The translations under genes and the position numbers were made by a program. A model generated the notes under the pieces. The model saw only the letters and a list, made by a program, of their open reading frames with translations, searched no databases and was not told the DNA's origin. This document shows, in pieces, positions 60,273 through 64,000 of a DNA stretch of 64,000 bases (position 1 is its first letter; every line of letters starts with the position of its first letter). The DNA comes from Bdellovibrionales bacterium (GTDB lineage Bacteria > Pseudomonadota > Alphaproteobacteria > Micavibrionales > Micavibrionaceae): positions 2,521 to 66,520 of the forward strand of contig JBBKVR010000029.1 of the NCBI GenBank assembly GCA_037968575.1, read 5' to 3'.

Positions 60273-61822
60273 TTATTGGACAGATATCTGTTTTCTAAGT
60301 GCGAGATTAAAAAGTCAGGAGAGAGTTTTTGTCCCGTTGCTTTTTTGAGGAGTTCGTCAGGAGAGTTTAAACTACCCATTCTATGAATACGTGTGTGAAG
60401 CCAATTTGTAATCTCTTCAAAATTTCCGTTTTCAATTGATCCGTAAATTTTTGGAATATCATCTTTCATCTTCTCAAAAATTTGTGCAGCAATGATGTGC
60501 CCCAAAGAATAAGATTGAAAATATCCGAACTTTCCGACAAACCAATGCACGTCTTGCAAAACACCTTGGGCGTGATTTTGCGGCATCACACCTAATTTTT
60601 CATGCATCCATTCTGTCCAGTAGGCTGGAATATCTTTGACCTCAATTTTGCCTTCAATCAAATCGCATTCAATTTGAAAGCGGAGAAAAACATGAAAGAA
60701 GTAAGTCACTTCATCAGCCTGCTTACGATTAAGGGAGGGTTTCACCTCTGTCTTAATGTGATGAAGGTTTTCAGCCGTGAGTGATGGGTCGCTAAAGTTA
60801 TGAAACAGACCCTCCAAACGTGGCGCAAGGAATGTGAAGAATTCCGATGTTCGACCAATCATCATTTCAATGAATAGAGCTTGGCTTTCATGAACTGTTG
60901 TTCCCAAATCAAGTGCTACGGGTTGATATGCCCATTCACCTGTCGCAGGAAGCCCTTGCAGGTAAATCCCGTGCCCACCTTCATGGAGGGCAGATTTCAT
61001 AGAATCAAGGAAGTTTCTCGTATCAACGTTTTTAATAACCAAGCGTGCATCATCTGGTGTTCCACCCTCAACAGGTGAGTGTCCTGTCTCATATAAAGCT
61101 CCACGATTAAAATCAAAACCGAACAGACCAATCAAAGCACGGTTGAGTAACATCTGTGATTCAGTATCGAACGGGCCAGTGAGCGGAACAATCTCATTAC
61201 GATTCTTTTGACGTTCAATGATTTTTGGCATCATTTTTGTCAATTCGGTATCCAACTGGTTGAACCATTTCCAGACAGTCGGCAGATCAAATCCAGGAGA
61301 ATGATCTTGGACAAGTGCTTCGTAGAGCGTAGAAGTGTTGCGCCATTTGGCTTTGCGTTCGGCTAAACGCTTGGTGTGGTCAACCACCTTCTCCAAATGC
61401 TTTTCGGCCATTGCCCAATCACCGTCTTGCAGAACTTCGCGGTGTAAGCGGCGTCCTTCATTAGCAATCAAAGCAGACTTCTCCATCAAGTCATGATCCA
61501 TGATGGCGTGCTTTTTGTAGTTATTCACCATCCCCTTAAGGTTAGCGGTATGCCACTCATCCCATTTACCCGTATGTGTATCGAAATGCTCTTGCGCTTC
61601 ATCCAGTTCTTTCTCAGCATCGCAACAGACAATATCGTCATGAATGCGCCTCTGAAGGTATGATATTTGATCAACGCGGTTGGCATATGCGCCCTCAGGC
61701 ATAGCAGTCAGGAAATCACGAGAGATAATTTCCGCAACAGCCGAAAGACGACCAACATTTCTATGTCTGCGCATCAAACGTGCATAAGCATCACAGGGGG
61801 GAAGAGGTGTTTTTATACTCAT
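60269..61822 (-). CDS. M32 (Taq-type) metallocarboxypeptidase
   Basis: HEGGHGIY (HExxH zinc site), VHESQALFIE (HES motif) and a size of about 500 aa. Confidence 0.85.
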   Translation of the reverse strand: MSIKTPLPPCDAYARLMRRHRNVGRLSAVAEIISRDFLTAMPEGAYANRVDQISYLQRRIHDDIVCCDAEKELDEAQEHFDTHTGKWDEWHTANLKGMVNNYKKHAIMDHDLMEKSALIANEGRRLHREVLQDGDWAMAEKHLEKVVDHTKRLAERKAKWRNTSTLYEALVQDHSPGFDLPTVWKWFNQLDTELTKMMPKIIERQKNRNEIVPLTGPFDTESQMLLNRALIGLFGFDFNRGALYETGHSPVEGGTPDDARLVIKNVDTRNFLDSMKSALHEGGHGIYLQGLPATGEWAYQPVALDLGTTVHESQALFIEMMIGRTSEFFTFLAPRLEGLFHNFSDPSLTAENLHHIKTEVKPSLNRKQADEVTYFFHVFLRFQIECDLIEGKIEVKDIPAYWTEWMHEKLGVMPQNHAQGVLQDVHWFVGKFGYFQSYSLGHIIAAQIFEKMKDDIPKIYGSIENGNFEEITNWLHTRIHRMGSLNSPDELLKKATGQKLSPDFLISHLENRYLSNN

Positions 61823-61867
61823 GGCTTCTACTATGTGAGAAGCGGTGAGTCTTGTCTAGTGAGGGAG

Positions 61868-62722
61868 TTAGTTTTTTATGCCCCAGAAGGCAGATGATGG
61901 ACGGTTTTTGACTTTGTCGCCAAGAATATTCCAGATATCGGCAAGAGGCTTTTCATGCAACTTTTCATGGCAAATCCAGTAGTTAGAATATTGCATGTCA
62001 AAATAATCTGGATTAGCAAGCAAGAACGAAGCCAGTAAATACTGTTCATTATAACCACGATCTGCCCAGCTTTCGAAATAATCAAAGGGCAGGAACATGT
62101 CGTGTATTCCAACAACAACACCTTTTTTGAGACGCGGTAAAATATCCAACATACAAACAGTAACGTCTGAGTTCATGAAAGAGCGATGGGAGTTATCAAT
62201 AAACAAAACATCGCCAGCTTTCAACTCGTCAAATATTTTGAGATCGACTGTTTCAACACCTTTGCGGATAACCTTGTCGCAGAGCTTATCAATGTCGGCA
62301 CGCGGGCAAGGATCGATGGAAACAATTTTGGTTTTGGCTTTACGAGTTTTGAGAGCTGCCTTAACAAAGCGTGTAGAGTTACCAGAACCAACTTCCATGT
62401 AAGTAGATTTTGCGTTCACTGCCGCGTCCATCAAGGTTAGCGCATCAAGGGCGGGCATCATGACGTTATGCCAGTCAATTTCGAAATTGAATTTTTTGGC
62501 TTCAATAGCCTCAACGACATCTTTATATTGCGCTAGGTTTTTAAGGTTTTCCTGAAATGTCTTCTTATTTGAAGAGATAATCTTGGCAAGATGAGGGTTG
62601 CCCTTTTTGTCCGTCCAACGTGGCTTAAAATCGATGCCATATTCGATGAAAACAGGTGTATGACCCTGACGAAGGCGGTTAAGTCCGCGTAAATACTTGT
62701 TTTGACGAAGTAGAGCTTTCAT
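61868..62722 (-). CDS. class I SAM-dependent methyltransferase-like protein
   Basis: Motif I-like YMEVGSGNSTRF, motif II-like VSIDP, and an acidic post-I/IV region VLFIDNSH. The neighbouring acyltransferase suggests glycan modification. Confidence 0.55.
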   Translation of the reverse strand: MKALLRQNKYLRGLNRLRQGHTPVFIEYGIDFKPRWTDKKGNPHLAKIISSNKKTFQENLKNLAQYKDVVEAIEAKKFNFEIDWHNVMMPALDALTLMDAAVNAKSTYMEVGSGNSTRFVKAALKTRKAKTKIVSIDPCPRADIDKLCDKVIRKGVETVDLKIFDELKAGDVLFIDNSHRSFMNSDVTVCMLDILPRLKKGVVVGIHDMFLPFDYFESWADRGYNEQYLLASFLLANPDYFDMQYSNYWICHEKLHEKPLADIWNILGDKVKNRPSSAFWGIKN

Positions 62723-62860
62723 GAGGTTAAATCCCTTTCAAAGCGCACAATAGCCAAAGGTTAACAAGGTGTAAAGCACTTCACGGATTTGGTCTTAAAA
62801 CCCATAAATCCTTTATTCTTGTTAATATTATGTAAATAATTAGAAAAGGGAGGGATACAA

Positions 62861-62891
62861 ATGCAAAACCCTCGAATGAACTCCGAGGGTT
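62861..62891 (-). terminator. rho-independent terminator-like hairpin in the 453-nt intergenic region
   Basis: Minus strand AACCCTCG-(9-nt loop)-CGAGGGTT followed by TTGCATTTG (U-rich). It lies 26 nt after the stop of the 13-codon mini-ORF. Confidence 0.5.
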
Positions 62892-62916
62892 CGCAATAGA
62901 GGGTAATAATTTAAAC

Positions 62917-62958
62917 TTATTTTTTGCCTGGTTTTGTAGGCTTTTTCTTAGCTGGCAT
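62917..62958 (-). CDS. possible 13-aa Lys-rich mini-ORF (MPAKKKPTKPGKK)
   Basis: GAGG lies 6 nt upstream of the ATG (cacGAGGtatctcATG), and a terminator follows. The ORF is extremely short, so coding status is speculative. Confidence 0.2.
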   Translation of the reverse strand: MPAKKKPTKPGKK

Positions 62959-63175
62959 GAGATACCTCGTGTAAGAAGTGGTGGTCAGAACCGGCCATCA
63001 GGTGCAAAGGACATTCCTTCTGCATCAATAAATTTATCACTTTTTGCACTAAAAACGAGCTTTTTGAGATGTTTTTTTAAACTTCGCAATAGAGTTTCAG
63101 CATTAGGGAAATTAGGGTTTTCAAACAAGCCTTCAAGGCTGTTTATTAGAGGAATTATAATGTAGGTAATTTGAA

Positions 63176-64000
63176 TTATTCTTTCAAGAATTTTTCGAAA
63201 ACAGGCTTTAGACGATTCGAACCCGTAAGCGTTAGGTGATTGGTATCAAAATACAGTAAATCACCATTCTCCTTGCGTAATTCGCATGTCGGTTTGCAGA
63301 AAATATCACCGACTTTGTAACGCTTAAAAACAGGAGATGAGATTTTTGTCAGCTCTATATCGTATGAGCTCATGTCACTACGATAATCTGAAATATTTTG
63401 AGGCCTCTCGAGAAATTTTTGTGCCCCTTCTTCACCTCTTTCTGCACGAAGCAAAGTTTCGGGAATGTGATTCGCATAAATCGGCACAGGATCAACCCAA
63501 ATGATTTGGAAAGGGGTTTCGCTTTGCTCGGATAATTTTACTAACTGTTCGACAGGATCAACCAGATTGTACTTGTCCTGATAAACACGGCTGAGGGGGT
63601 TATGAATGACCACAATATCGATATTGTTCTTTTTAACTTCATTCAAAATGTCTTGTGGAGAATAGCCCTGTCCCAACGACGTGTTTTGTTTAATGAGACG
63701 TAGCGCGTGACTATTTTCGCTTGCTACTTCACCAAGTGCTTGTTTAATAGAATCGGCATGAGATGAACCAACCAGTAAAACAGTCTTCCCGTTTTCTTTT
63801 GGTGGATCTGTGAGGAGGCAAGAATCTGAAAATGGATCGAGAAGGCGTTTAATCTTGCCGCAGCGATAGGCGTCACGGTCAAACCAAGCTGACAAGATTT
63901 GTTTTTCTTGTGGCGAGAACCCTTCAACATTTGCAGATTTCAGAAGTGGGAGAGCAAGCAGGGTAATGACAATCACGCCAATATAACTCCAGTTGCGTTT
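63176..64000 (-). CDS. acyltransferase-3 family O-acyltransferase, C-terminal SGNH-hydrolase domain (5' part lies beyond the window)
   Basis: The frame stays open to base 64000 upstream of the listed GTG. It has a final TM helix (VITLLALPLL) followed by an SGNH block I-like LLVGSSHADS and DxxH-like FDTNHLT near the C-terminus. Confidence 0.65.
   Translation of the reverse strand, partial: KRNWSYIGVIVITLLALPLLKSANVEGFSPQEKQILSAWFDRDAYRCGKIKRLLDPFSDSCLLTDPPKENGKTVLLVGSSHADSIKQALGEVASENSHALRLIKQNTSLGQGYSPQDILNEVKKNNIDIVVIHNPLSRVYQDKYNLVDPVEQLVKLSEQSETPFQIIWVDPVPIYANHIPETLLRAERGEEGAQKFLERPQNISDYRSDMSSYDIELTKISSPVFKRYKVGDIFCKPTCELRKENGDLLYFDTNHLTLTGSNRLKPVFEKFLKE

Noticed and set aside
62861-62899. 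12-aa plus-strand mini-ORF (MQNPRMNSEGSQ) behind GGGAGGG
   Set aside because: The apparent SD and most of the ORF are the complementary arms and flank of the minus-strand terminator hairpin, so the signal is probably structural rather than coding.
63102-63117. Telomere-like ATTAGGG x2
   Set aside because: Two copies of a 7-mer in AT-rich intergenic DNA are not evidence of a telomeric or linear-replicon feature. They are noted only as part of the repeat-rich intergenic region.

Overview
This 64-kb window is a densely coding, mostly housekeeping chromosomal segment. Gene content suggests a moderately AT-rich alphaproteobacterium: a dnaA-dnaN-recF-gyrB cluster with rpsT beside dnaA, Usg, IhfB-LapA-PyrF, COX15-type CtaA, a CycM-like membrane cytochrome c, a DUF1150-Hsp20 pair behind a ROSE-like RNA thermometer, and an NDUFS6-like zf-CHCC mini-protein. 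I call about 70 protein genes. They include the tail of a polysaccharide-export locus (OM barrel, Wza-like, Wzc/ExoP-like BY-kinase), two tandem orphan solute-binding proteins, recR, lolA and ctaA. Also present are a ferredoxin-reductase / membrane protein / ferredoxin operon, groESL, rpsA, cmk, a GGDEF-EAL protein, lysA, pyrC, pheA, xseA, putA, purD and tadA. The right half carries rluB-like, rsmD, yggS, PBP1A, a VanX-like dipeptidase, mlaEF, cysS, an M32 carboxypeptidase and LPS/polysaccharide-modification genes at the right edge. I find no rRNA, tRNA, CRISPR array, transposase/integrase, prophage or recognisable defence genes, so I cannot point to a convincing multi-gene novel system. The best unexplained signals are five. 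(1) A complete promoter / two-hairpin / terminator module downstream of groEL looks like an unannotated sRNA. (2) A promoter plus intrinsic terminator lies in front of an orphan 112-aa ORF. (3) ctaA sits back-to-back with an FNR / unknown polytopic membrane protein / adrenodoxin-type ferredoxin operon. (4) The dnaA-rpsT region has weak DnaA-box-like sites, a 14-nt direct repeat and a perfect DnaA box at the rpsT promoter. (5) A 453-nt gene-free region near the right end holds a Shine-Dalgarno-preceded 13-codon Lys-rich mini-ORF, a terminator and a 12-nt repeat. All functional calls come from reading motifs in the supplied translations; no database search was run.
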